Assembly: GCF_000400465.1 (NCBI RefSeq)
Contig: NW_008806279.1
Span: 30,001 to 62,000, forward strand
Length of the DNA: 32,000 bases
Source of the DNA: Wallemia ichthyophaga EXF-994
Taxonomy: Eukaryota; Fungi; Basidiomycota
Direction of reading: 5' to 3'
The notes below the pieces were generated by a model. That model was not told the DNA's origin. It did no database searches and was given only the letters and a program-made list of their open reading frames with translations. The position numbers and the translations under genes were made by a program. Shown one piece after another: positions 11,656 through 23,619 of the stretch (the first letter of the stretch is position 1; each line of letters begins with the position of its first letter).

Positions 11656-12189
11656 TTTTATTAAGTGGGGTTGGAATAAGGCGTAATCACAATCACTTAG
11701 TAACAACACTTGCTAACCGAAGAAGATTTCACCCAATCGAGTATTAGCACGCAATCAGTAACTGGATTAAAATTAGCAAAGAAATTGTAAATGATGAGTA
11801 AATATACATTGATATATCTTCATATCGCTTTATTTGGATTCATTTGATTGTATTTTACTTGATATTTATATCACATTACAGCCACAGACACGCACATCAA
11901 CAAGCCCAGAGGATGACGATATAAAGCATGAATTGAATTGATCATGCTCATGGATACGCGCTCAAGCTTCAAGCCCCTCTATTCATGTAAAGCCAGAGCA
12001 TATCCCACGACAACCTTCACAGTCGTATAAACAGCACACAGAGAAATACAAAGGATATACTCTAGCGCTCTGTACTTTTAAATAAAATATATTCACCGTC
12101 CACTCATTTCACAATAAATTTTTATCTTATATTTTTCGATGGGAAGGCAAAATTTGGATGAAACTTTCTTCAAGCTTTACGTAGTTGTC

Positions 12190-12862
12190 AGTAAGTATAG
12201 AAATGGGAGAAAGCATGCGTGGTAGCGGATAAGGGATTAGCTTATTGAATTTATATTACATTCTCGTTGTTTCTCGTTCTTCGGCGGTGTTGGTGGTGTT
12301 GTTGGTGCTGCTTTTTCTCCTGCTTCTTGCTTCACGCCGCTCCTTCTCCTGGATTCCCTACACTACCCCCTCTAACACACCTCTTAGTGCCATTCAAGAG
12401 ACGTGCTCACGGTCGTAACAAGCCAGGCGCTTCAAGAGGTCACGTCAAGGGTGTCCGTTGCTCCAACTGTCGCCGTATGGTGCCAAAGGACAAGGCCATC
12501 AAGAGATTCACTGTGAGGTGAGTTTGAGTAGTTTCTACAGTCAGATCAACCTACTAATCCCTCATAGAAACATGGTCGAAGCTGCCGCTGTCAGAGATAT
12601 CTCTGATGCCTCCGTCTACGCTGAATACGTCGTTCCAAAGCTCTACCTTAAGGTCGCTTACTGCGTTTCTTGCGCTATCCACTCTAGAATCGTTAGAGTC
12701 AGAAGCCGTGAGGACCGTCGTAAGAGAAGCCCACCAGCAAGACCTCGTTTCAGAGATGGCAAGAAGGTCAACCCAGCTGTTGTTTCCCAAATGGACCCAA
12801 GAGCTGGCGGTAACCCTGCAAACCCACCTGCACCAATCGCAGCTAACGGTGTCAAAGCCTAA
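12190..12862 (+). CDS. RPS26: 40S ribosomal protein S26 (eS26); join(12190,12388..12517,12568..12862), 141 aa
   Basis: Contains [25 protein letters not shown] and [21 protein letters not shown]. The only in-frame start needs A|GTAAGT...CTAAC...TTAG|TG. Spliced length is 426 nt. Confidence 0.95.
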
Positions 12863-13149
12863 TTGTAATGTACAGAAAGTTTGCATGAATTCGCTACAAA
12901 TATAGCTTGAAATCTTATAGGCTTGTCTTTGGAAATGTGTTTAGAAGTTCGTGCATTGAAATTTGTCTTCTCCCTTCAAATTTAGAAGCAAATTCGAATA
13001 AAAAAGTATTGCAGTAGAGGGTTGAAATTCTCTATTGAATTGAATATAATGACTGTTAATCGCGTTGAAAGTATTCTTAACAATCTACGCTCATATGCTC
13101 AGTGGGCGTACAAGGCTAGCTCTACTGAGATATCAATTAAAAGACTTTA

Positions 13150-15681
13150 ATGCATTTGTATCGAGCTACAGTGAGTGCTATTGCCTAATTTCACCGCTTA
13201 ACCTCACGAGCTTCTCAGGCCACAGCCAATACAGGTGAATTGATGGCTACCGTACATTCATATAATACTCACAGCTTCTACAGCACACTACAAAACACTC
13301 CAACAAGCTCAACTCCCTCCACAAGTCAGACAGTGGCAACAACAACACCGTCAACCACGAAATCCTTAAAGGACTCCCACTCAAACCTCAATCAAGCTTT
13401 GAGCTCTGGAAGCTACCAAACCATTATCAGCACTCTCAAACTTCATTACTTTTCTTCAACCACGCCTTCTTTTCCTCCTTACGCCGTGTCTTACACCCTC
13501 GAACTTATCCTTGCTGACCCAATACCCGATCAGCGTACTCTCGACGCCGTTCTGCTCCTATTCAAATATTCCCGCAGAATAGACGCTGTACCTTACGACA
13601 CTAGCGTCGTCGAGTTGTTCGCCAGAGTTTTCACCCATATCGGTGAATATGACCGTGCACTTAAGATTATACGTTCCTTGAAGCGCCTTAATAGGTATGT
13701 TGGTGTTGATGTCATGGAGTTCGTTGCTCAGTCCATGGAAGCGTCCCAACATAACGCGTTGGCTCTACGCACTCTCTCCATGATGGCTTACGACGATATT
13801 CCAACTGTCGGTATTCTCAATATACGTCTACGCTGCTCTATTGCTTGTGAGGAATTCAATGCGCTTAATTTAGTCGAATTCGAGCATTTCAACATATCCC
13901 CAAACCAGGATACCTACCATGCCCTCATATTTGGACATCTTCTCAACGGTAACCTCGCTCAGTCGAAATTTTACCTCGCACAGATGCATAGAAGTGGCTA
14001 CACTGATAACGTCGCCACTCATCTCGCGATTCTGCGCGCATATAGAACACTCGGCATAGACACTACTCTGGAACATAACGCTCTCAACGATACTGCCAGA
14101 CTTGGTTTGAATGCCGATGCAAGGGTCTTGAATGCACTCATGATGTTACGTATCGACGCCGAAGATGACAGATTAGCGTTGAGGATATTCGAGAAATTCT
14201 TCAACCACTCCATAAGGCCAAATACAGACTCATTAGAGGAGCTAGTTAAGGATGCTTTGGAGTCGCGTAATATTGCTTTCAAGAAACCCTTGCCGGATGC
14301 AGCGACATATGCAATAATTATACAGATTTACGCTCGCAATAACAATCTCGCACGGGCTATATCCTACTACGAAGATTACAGACGATATATAGTCAGAGAT
14401 AACCGTCATGTCGAAGCTGCGCTAGTGAGTGCGTACGTCTCCAATGGAGAAACATCCACTGCACTGTGGAAGCTCAGGAATGGTCAGATACGCACTACGA
14501 CAAAATCTATCAATGCTTTACTTAAAGGTAGTCTCTTAACGATGGGAATGGATGGCTTATACATGGCTCTAAGACTGTTCAGGCGGTTCCGTCGCAAACC
14601 TGATCAAAAGACATTGGAACTAATTTTGCATCATCTGCATGACTTGCATATGCCGCCTTCTAAACTTATACGACTTCTCAACAAATTCATCAATATGTCG
14701 TCGCATAGAATTACACTAAATACGCGCCTATTCAACATTATACGTCTCTCGACTTCTGATCACGTAAAGGCATTGGTATACGATCCATCTAAGGGAATAC
14801 AGAGACGCACACCTGGTGTAGGTAGAAAATCGCCAACATATATACCTTCGTACGAATCCATATCAAGAATGCAAGAATATCTCGAAAACAAGGGCATGAA
14901 CGATGACAGTATGTCGGTAGCTATCAAGATGCGTCTGTTGGCAGTAGCTGGTGATTTCGACGAAGCCAAGGCCATGTTGAAGGAAGTAATTGGCAGCGGC
15001 TACAGACCCAACAAATATCATTTCGGCGCATTGATAGGAGGTGCGACTCAAAATCGCAACTTTGAATTAGCGCAATCGATAATAAGTCAGGCAGCTAGAT
15101 CGGGTGTACAGCCTAATTCTGCTATGTTTTCAACCATAATGGCCGGATATGCCAAGGCTGGGATGTTTCAGGAGGCTTGTGAGATGTTTGATTGGATGCT
15201 AACCAAGAAAATGAAGGTGGGAGTGCGTACGACGCAAGTACTCATCAAGACACACCTCGATGCGCGTATGCCAGCTAAAGCACTCAAATTTAGTAAGTGG
15301 TTGGGTGAGGATACTACACGGCTCGACGATGGCACTCTCGCAACGCTCTACCGTCTCTACGACTATCACGGTATGTATAGAGAGGCAGATGAGGCAGTGA
15401 AGCATGTTACACACCCCACCAAGCAGCTCAGGGATGCAGTACGCTTGATGAAGAAACGCAGAATGAAGCTGAAAGTATATCAAGAATACAACAGATCGTT
15501 CTGGTCTAAACTTAATAGTCAACCTGGTCCGTATAGGACATACGACAGCGAACAGATCAAAAGACTGATTATAGAGTGGGGCAAGGTATGGAATAGCTCG
15601 AGAAAATCGGGGGTGTATAGAAGAGGGGCTAAGTTGTCGAGATACTCGCTCAGCAGATATAGAATCACCAGAAGTTTGTAA
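13150..15681 (+). CDS. Pentatricopeptide-repeat protein, probably mitochondrial; join(13150..13170,13219..15681), alternative start ATG 13243
   Basis: PPR motifs: PNQDTYHALIFGHLLNGNLAQS, PDAATYAIIIQIYARNNNLARA, PNKYHFGALIGGATQN and PNSAMFSTIMAGYAKAGMFQEACEMFDWM. A phase-0 GTGAGT..CTAAT..CAG intron follows MHLYRAT. Confidence 0.85.
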
Positions 15682-15905
15682 TTTATGCTACTAGATACTT
15701 TAAATCACAAATGACGTCTTATCTTGACGTTAGATTGCGCGAGATAAGGTTGCAGCTTCAGCTAGAGCGTGATTCCGCATGTCAAAATTATACTTCACGT
15801 GGCTACTTGGCTTAATATAAAAGTTCATTCCGGTCTTGACGCACAAAAAAATACCGAAAACCAGCGAAACTTCTGCTCCGAGCATCAACCATCTTGATTA
15901 CAGAA

Positions 15906-17266
15906 ATGCTTCACTATAAAATCACACAAGCAACTGCTGCACTCTTTTTAGCTGTTGCTGCCTCAGCGCAATCTGAATCTGCTCAGTCTGCTCAAGTTCC
16001 AGTGGTTGACCTTTCAGCGCCCTACTCGACTAACGAAATTCCTGGAAATCGCAGCTTCGATGCGCCGTTCTTCGTCGAGGATGACACCTTCCCTAGGATA
16101 CAAATATTCGATGAGAAGTTCAAGCAGATAGTGGGTGATGAGCCAACGATCCATTCCATCGCGAAATCTGCCAACGACTCATTCAACGCATTCCACGAAG
16201 CTCCACTTGTTCGAGGCGATCTTGTATACTTCAGTTCTAATGCAGGCAGTGGTGGCAGTGGCCCGGATCGGAATAACAGACTACTGCATGTAAACTTAAC
16301 AGAGATTGAGGAATTGCACGGCGATGGTAATATTACTGTCACATACAACGAACCAAGTGACCGGATTCAAATGATAAACGGTATGGCGCCATATCTAAAC
16401 GATTCAATGATTATTGCGACAGAGGGCCGCGAGAACGCCGGTGTCGAGCCTGGTCTTTTCCGCTACCAGCCTGAAACGAACACTACCACTCCCCTTCTGA
16501 CAAGCTTTTATGGCAGAGTGAGTGAAAGGTTTTTCTGAGACAAGATCTAACGCGATGTGATATTCGATATTCACAGCGATTCGACTCTCTTAATGATCTC
16601 AAGGTGCGTTTTCTAATACATTTCGGTCTCAAGCTTACTTAATGCTTCGCAGATCCATTCATCCAACCAAGTCATCTTCGTTGACAGTCTTTATGGGTTC
16701 TTGCAAGATTTCGCACCGTTCCCAGAACTGCCGGAAATGGTTTACGCATTCGACATGGATACTGGCAAGGTTAGGCCGTTAGCTACAGACTTTGTGCATC
16801 CTAATGGTATAGCATTGAGTCCAGATGAGTCGGTAGCCTATGTGTAAGTGTGGAGCGTAGAGTGGTAGAATATAATCTTCGGATTAACACACCCCGCAGC
16901 ACGGACACAGGTGCTCAAAATGGCACTGTCAACACTCATCTTCCAGCCAGTATATACGCATACGACATCAAGAACGAAGATGGCTTCCTCACATTCAACA
17001 ACCGTCGTATCTTCGCACATGCATTGACGGGTGTTCCAGATGGTATACATTGCGATGATGAGGGTAACGTTTGGTCTGGCGTTGGTGATGGCGTCGCAGT
17101 GTGGGATAAGCGCGGTGAGTTATTGGGCTTGATCAACATTGGAACCACATCTGCCAACTTCGTCCTCGTCGGGGATGGTCTCATTATCGTTCTCGCTGAG
17201 ACTGAGATGTTTGCTGTGAGGTTAGACTCATCTCTCAATCCCGCCAAACTTCACTATGCGGAGTAG
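15906..17266 (+). CDS. Secreted SMP-30/gluconolactonase-family lactonohydrolase; join(15906..16517,16577..16603,16653..16843,16900..17266)
   Basis: Signal peptide MLHYKITQATAALFLAVAASA. Beta-propeller motifs FHEAP, GRRFDSLNDL, PNGIALSPDESVAYVTDTG, GVPDGIHCDDEGNVWSG and SANFVL. Confidence 0.88.
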
Positions 17267-17322
17267 ACATAGGCATTCGGATTAATAGAAATCTCCAGTT
17301 AATCATACATTTGCTATTTACA

Positions 17323-18608
17323 TCATGTCTCAAAATTTTCAACCGAGAGTTTTGACACATCTGCACTGTGTGCTTTGCCTAAAACTAGCTCAGAAAGAAC
17401 TAGTCCAGTCCCAGGTCCGAGTGAGATCCCCCAGGGACCCATGCCGGAGGCGACAAAAACATCATCGCCAACCAAGCTCTTCAATGAAGATATCATAGGG
17501 CGTTTCTTGTAGGTTATTGGGCGGTAGCATAGCTACAAGGGTTAAAGAAGCACTTAAAGCTGCCTAAGACTCACCTGCTTCTTAACTACCTCTGCACCGG
17601 CTAGTGAAGGACCAAGTTCGTACACGGCAGCTCGCAGCTTGTCCCATCTTTCTTCCTGTGTTAGGGCAAGCTCTGCAACTTGTCCAGCATTTGGAGGTAG
17701 CTCTGGCCCTTCGTTCTCGCCAGCAACATATACAGTCCCATCCAATCGACTGAACAACTCTGGCGTGCCGCTCATTGCATTCTCTACACTATCGTAGCCG
17801 AGGATAGTGGTGAATGCGGCATGAGCTGATGGCATAGACGTCGGACGAAGAACAAGTGAGTAGCCAGGCAACGCCTCAATCGGAAGATGGGCTTGAGTGT
17901 CGAACAGTGTGTCAAAAACACTCGATGTCCATGGTCCAGCTGCTAATACAAGCTTATCAGCAGGAATGCTCTCCCCGCTTTCCAGCGTAACAGATTTGTT
18001 CACGTATTCCTTCACTGAGCCTTTAACTACTTTGACGCCATTCTTTTTCGCTTCTTCTAAAATACTCGTTGTGAATAGATATGGCTCCACCTGAGCAGTG
18101 GTATCCTCATCTGACACCATCTCATGGCTAATCACACCTCTTGCATCCTCTAATGGCTTTGAGATCCAATCGATGTTGGACTCGCCCTTGGGTGGTGGTC
18201 GAGGTCTGAATGGCTAATTGTATAATGAGACATTTGACTAAAGTTATGCTATGCACACACCTCCTCGCCATCATGCACCACATTAGCTTTCGGCTTGGAA
18301 TTTCCAGTAGCTTGTGTTGCTTTTAAGACGACATTGGATGTTTGAAGAGCTCTATAATGCCAGCGCGTTCTGCCGTCGAGTTCTTCAGCAAGCCTTTTAT
18401 GTAAGTCGTAGGACAGATACCCTAAACTCTCAGTCGCACTTGCGTGCCAATCTTTAGCTAGGAAACCGCCTGCTTTACCAGAAGCTGCACCGGCAATTTC
18501 AGCGTTTTCAACTATAGTCACATCCACGTTGTCTTCTTTGCTTAGATAGTAAGCGGTACACACTCCAACTATACCGCCACCGATAATCACTACATTTGTT
18601 TTAGACAT
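17323..18608 (-). CDS. TDA3: FAD-dependent oxidoreductase (DAO family, Tda3/YHR009C-like), 3 exons
   Basis: VVIIGGGIVGVCTAYYL, AGAASGKAGGFLAKDW, TAQVEP, LAAGPW and LCYRP..SGMGPWGISLGPGTG. The last exon (17323-17532) was read manually after intron 17533-17574. Confidence 0.8.
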
Positions 18609-18835
18609 ATTCAAGTCGGGTAGCAACCGACATATGACTACATATATCAGATAAGACTGGAGCTCCGATGAAAATCCGACGAAAATTTTGTACAGCGTAT
18701 ATGGATAATAAAAGGAAGGTGAGTATACAAGTTATCCGAATGTGAGATTGTTTCTACTATTAGAGCATCTAACCCGGTGAGAGATAATAAAAAAATATTA
18801 GAGATGAGTGAGCTGAATTTGAACAATTAAACAAA

Positions 18836-20778
18836 CTAGTGCTTGTAATGCACTTCGTTCTCCGTGTTTTGGATGTTTGGCGATTCTAATGGAACGCTGT
18901 GAACTGTATGTGTCTTGTCGTGTTCATCACTATCATCGTCGAATGACTTTTCATCAAATCTAGACGTGCCACCTGAAGATCTCAATCTTTCTCTTCTCAT
19001 GGAAGAAGTAATAGATTCAGCCTCCATTTCTTGTTGATAGTCATCATCATAATAGCTTTCATCGTCGTCATCTCCCCTCCAGAACCTCTTGTCACCTTTA
19101 GCGAGACGCTTCATCCAAGGTGGAACAAAGTATGCTCTTTGAGTTTCCCAATAGACATCCTTGCGGTCCCAGTCTGGTGGTGAGATCTTGTTCTTGGTGA
19201 GGTATCTAATAGCAGCTGGAATGGAGTTGAGTGCAACGTATGAGCAAATACCAGCAATAAGACCATAAGCAATGTTGTACGAGAGTGGCATCATAATGAC
19301 TGTTAAGAACGCTGGAATGGCATCTCCGAGATATCCCCAGTTGATATCAACAATGTTCTTCGCCATCAGTGATCCGACAATGACCAGTGTACCACCAGTT
19401 GCCCATGATGGGAAGGATGCGAAAATTGGTCCGAAGAAAATAGAAATGAAGAAAAAGACTGAACATGTGAGGGCGGTGATACCAGTTTTACCACCTTCAG
19501 CGATACCAGCAGCAGATTCAATGAAAGCTGTAGCTGGCGAACTGCCCATGGTAGAACCAATCAAAATGGATAAACCATCAGCAGTGTAAGCCATTGTTGA
19601 GTTTTCAAAGTCGAGTGTGCGCTCGTTCATGACACCGGCAAATCTAGCCATGGAGTAAAGAGTTCCAGTTGCATCGAGCAAATCGACATAGAGGAAGGAA
19701 ATGAGAGCGATCCATGTATGACCATCGCCGTAGTCAAAGTTGAGGACACCGGCTGATTGCTTGATTGACCTGTATGTGACGACTTGCTTGAAGAAGTCGA
19801 ATCTCGATTGACCTTCATCGGTGTACGGGAAATAAGTCACTGGAGTTGGTCTTGGCCATGAAATGATAGAAACTAAAATGATACCGAGGAACATGGCACC
19901 CTTGACACGGTAGAGCATCATGTACACAGTTACTACACCACCGCAGAATATACCAAGCCACATGGTAGGTGATCTCATAGTAACAGAATCACCGCATGAA
20001 GAAGATCCATCTGGACAACCGGCCAAACCAACGATATTTGAAGGGTCTTTTCCGATGACGTTCAAACCAGAACCCGAAAGTCCGACAAAAGCAACGTAGA
20101 AACCGATACCAGCACCTGCGGCGAGTGCAACAGAACGAGGAACCAAACGAGCAAGCCAAGCACGAACACCGAGCATAGCCAAAACGACAAAGATGACACC
20201 TTCCAAGAAGACAGCACCAAGCGCAGTTTCGTAGTTAACTCTACCACTGTTATTTGGACCGACGACAGCGTTTGCGAAGTAGGCGTTAAGACCCAAACCA
20301 GGACCGACGGCGACAGGGAGATTAGCCATAAGGCCCATTAACAAAGAACCAATGCAAGAGATAGCAGATGTTGCAGTAATCATATCCCTGTAAAAGTCTT
20401 CTGTGCAAGAACTGTACCCGGGGTCGTCGCAGCCTTGAGCGTAGTCGGAGCATCTGCAAGTACCACCGCACTGTCTAAGAATATTTGAGTTTACAGAGAT
20501 AATGTAAGCCATAGCAACTAATATTTTGTCAGTGGAGTAGCTCCATTACCAGAGAAGACGCACCGAATGTTGTAATTCCAGCACGAATTTCTTGGGTGAA
20601 CTTAGCACCAGCGCGTGCCTTCTTGTGGCCTGCCAGAACGCTTAGCCTCGTTTGCCATTGCAACAGCCCACTCACCAGAACCATCCAATCTGAAGTAACG
20701 TCCAAACCAACTATCCGCGATCCTGTCGTTTGCCGATTCATTCCAATTCGAAAGGCGTTCAGCAATCTTGCTGGGCAT
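18836..20778 (-). CDS. azgA: AzgA-family purine (adenine/guanine/hypoxanthine) permease, 3 exons
   Basis: FTQEIRAGITTF.AMAYIISVN, ANLPVAVGPGLGLNAYF, FLYVDLLDATGTL, GSSPATAFIESAAGIAEGGKTG and AIPAFLT..MPLSYNIAYG. Confidence 0.92.
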
Positions 20779-20990
20779 TTTGTGGTACACTCCTCGGGAT
20801 TTGTGTGAAGAGAGGTGAAATGTCAATCTAAGAATCTCATTTAAATATTTTTAATTCTTCAGGAACGGGCGAATTTACGATCGAATTAATGCCTTATAGA
20901 TACATTTTGACCTTGAGATTTCATTGGTGGTACTCTCGCCACTCAATTCTGCCAATTTTCAACCTTAAGACATCCGATTATTGACATACT

Positions 20991-21017
20991 CTTATCAGGA
21001 CCACTCCTTATCAGATA
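20991..21017. promoter_or_regulatory. Cluster of GATA motifs upstream of the purine permease
   Basis: CTTATC at 20991-20996 and 21007-21012, and GATA at 21014-21017, about 210-240 bp upstream of the ATG. The fit to AreA/Gat1-type nitrogen regulation is inferred. Confidence 0.4.
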
Positions 21018-21596
21018 GGAGCAGACGGATACACGCATATCGGACCCGCTATCTGCAGCACTGATCGCAATCCAACGCCGATGCACTTTACTGCAACTGA
21101 TACTGCACTCGCTGTCACTGATTCTGTGCCCTTAATTCGTCAATTTGTAAGTCCGTGCGTTATTAATATGTATGAATCTACACCGGCTTCTTAAACAGCG
21201 TTTATATATGCTTTGTATTGCTTTTTGAATGTTTTTCAGTTGACACTATCAATCCGCATTATCATCTCAGACAAGTTCCGTAATTAAACGCTAATTTTGA
21301 GACAACCGTGATGGCTTTACGGGTGGATAGAGCGTGAATGCTGGCAAATAAAACTTTATGAATAATACAACTAAATCTACTTGCAATCATTCCACATACT
21401 CCTCTCCCAGAATTAGGGTGTTTCATAGCCGACTCTTTCGGCAGATGCATCAAAACGCAGTAATCATCATTACTGAAACATTTGTCATGCATAAGCGTGC
21501 ACATGTTCGTATGGTTCAACGTTCCCGATTAATCGATTCATGCATCAACATTCCAATCTCTCTAAAATCTTTTCATAAATAGCACACTCCACTTGT

Positions 21597-23358
21597 TCAC
21601 CCGATTGCTTGATTCCACCCGAGCTTACCACCCCAGCATCTCCACATGCGCTCGACCACTGCTCTCTTATCGATCACTTGGAGTTGTGGTGCCTCTAAGG
21701 ATGCTAAGTCTTCGCACAAGCCTCTCCGCAGACGCTTGTCATTGATATCTGATGTACTTTTGCGCATTATTGATGTAGCAAGCAAAAGGTGACCCAGTGT
21801 CTGTTGTGGCAGTGGTGACTGTGACGATGGCACGAGCAGACAGTCTATCCGCCTGATACACTCAAACAGCTCAAGACGACGTCTCAAAGAGAGCTCTTTT
21901 TTGCCAATTACCAATCCTAATCCACGCGATAGCCAACTACCAACAAAGTAGACAATCGCGAGCGATGGCGCAACTCCCACAAAGCCGAATGTCAGCTCTT
22001 GCGACTTGAGGAGGGCGTCTAGTTTGGTCATAGTAGTGTCGACATCGCACTTGACTTTTTGTATCTGAATCAGCAGCGCTCTGACCAGTTGACCGAACAA
22101 TGCTGATTTGAATGGCGTCTTCATCTCGTTTTCATACACTTGTAGCACAGCTGACAAGTCACCTTTGCGGACGTTCTCACCTAGCTCCAGTAGTTGTGCA
22201 TCAGATAGTTTGAGATTGTCTTTGCCTAACTCTTTCACCATTCTCTCCAGACTAGCTATGTCACTCTCGAGACCAGCTTCAGTGACGCCCAATCCATGAC
22301 CACCGAATCTGATAGTACTGATTATGTGTGATGCAGGCTCTACAACCCAACTTTGTATGAACCCTTTTACAGTCTCACTAGCATCTCTCAAGTACGCCTT
22401 TACAGCGTCTTGCGATCTCAGCACCACCCTAGCTGCAATGAGCAGAAGAGGGGGACCGACGACAAATTTTGGCCAATTGCGAATGAGCGTGGATGGTCTT
22501 TTGTGATCTTGCACGCGCTGTTGAATGCTGGTTGTGTGAGATGGTATAACGCTATTCACAAGCGTCTTTAAATTGTCCAAGATTGCTTTAAATGAGGTTG
22601 ATTCGCTTACTTTTACGCTTTTTTCCTTATCAAGTGAGCTCAACACGCTCGTTAAATGTTTGATCCAGCTGTTAAGGTCACCACCGAGACTTCTACCGCT
22701 GACGCCACCATTTCCGGGTCCAAATCCATACTTAAGTCCATCAAACGATGCTAACATACCGACAGAGTTGGCAATTTCATCCTTCAACGCTCCCAAATCA
22801 TCCACATGGGACTGTAACTCAAACTTGAGCAAATTGAGGGGTCTGGAAGTGAGCGTGCGCAGATTAAGCGATAATCCAGCTTGGCTATAAGGAAAAAGGG
22901 AAAACATAGATGGTTGGGCATTCTTGGCGTAGTTAAAAGCGCGATTGGGCAAAGCTGGAGGATTTTAGGTTAGAATCTTGATCTGTAATGGCTCACCCAC
23001 TTTGTAATAGATAATTGTACGACTTGAAACGAGATTCGAGCATTCTTTCCCAAAAATTACTCAAATCATTCAGCCTTACTGAGTGATGAAGCAGCGTCTC
23101 GCCGACGTTATCATACAGCACCAGCGTAACTCTGGCAAGCAAAAGCCACTCAAGCTCACTCTCGCCCTGCTTTATATCTAGGCTGTCTAATGCTTTGGAA
23201 GCAGCCTCAAGCGAGTGATCCTTCACCAGCATATTGAGTAGCTTCGAGATTTTGTCTCCACTTTTAAGCGCTTTTTCTGATATTGGAAATGAATCTAGCT
23301 GCAAGCTTAGGCTGCCTAGCCTGTCACTCAAATGTGACGAACATGTCCGTGAGGTCAT
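21597..23358 (-). CDS. NCA2: Nuclear control of ATPase protein 2; complement(join(21597..22954,23001..23358))
   Basis: LIQIQKVKCDVDTTMTKLDALLKSQELTFGFVGVAP, FIQSWVVEP and LESDIASLERMV. A 46-nt GTGGGT intron restores YLLQTLPNR. Confidence 0.9.
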
Positions 23359-23619
23359 CAACGTCGGAATCAGAGAGGTACAATTAGTGGTATGAGGTGG
23401 TTTTGTATATTCCCTCAGTGCTTGTTGGTCATTAACTCACCCATTCCATTTGCCTTGCGCTATGGCCTGTCAGTGCCTGAACCACGGCGATCAGCGGCAA
23501 CTCAGGGCGGCAACAAGGTCAACTTTATTAAAAGGATCCACGTCAATTGATTAAATAGAATAATTATTATATAAGACAAATAATGTATTACAGGTTTGGT
23601 ATCACAGGCACATTTCCGT

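Noticed and set aside
21262-21290. Possible C/D snoRNA guide (TTACGGAACTTGT-CTGA, minus strand) resembling antisense to LSU rRNA GAUCCGUAA
   Set aside because: The complementarity, recalled from memory, is short and mismatched, and the nearest C box is about 200 nt away.
23494-23514. GCGGCAAC direct repeat (RFX half-site or CGG-triplet-like) upstream of NCA2
   Set aside because: Only two 8-mers, with no palindromic X-box and no independent support.
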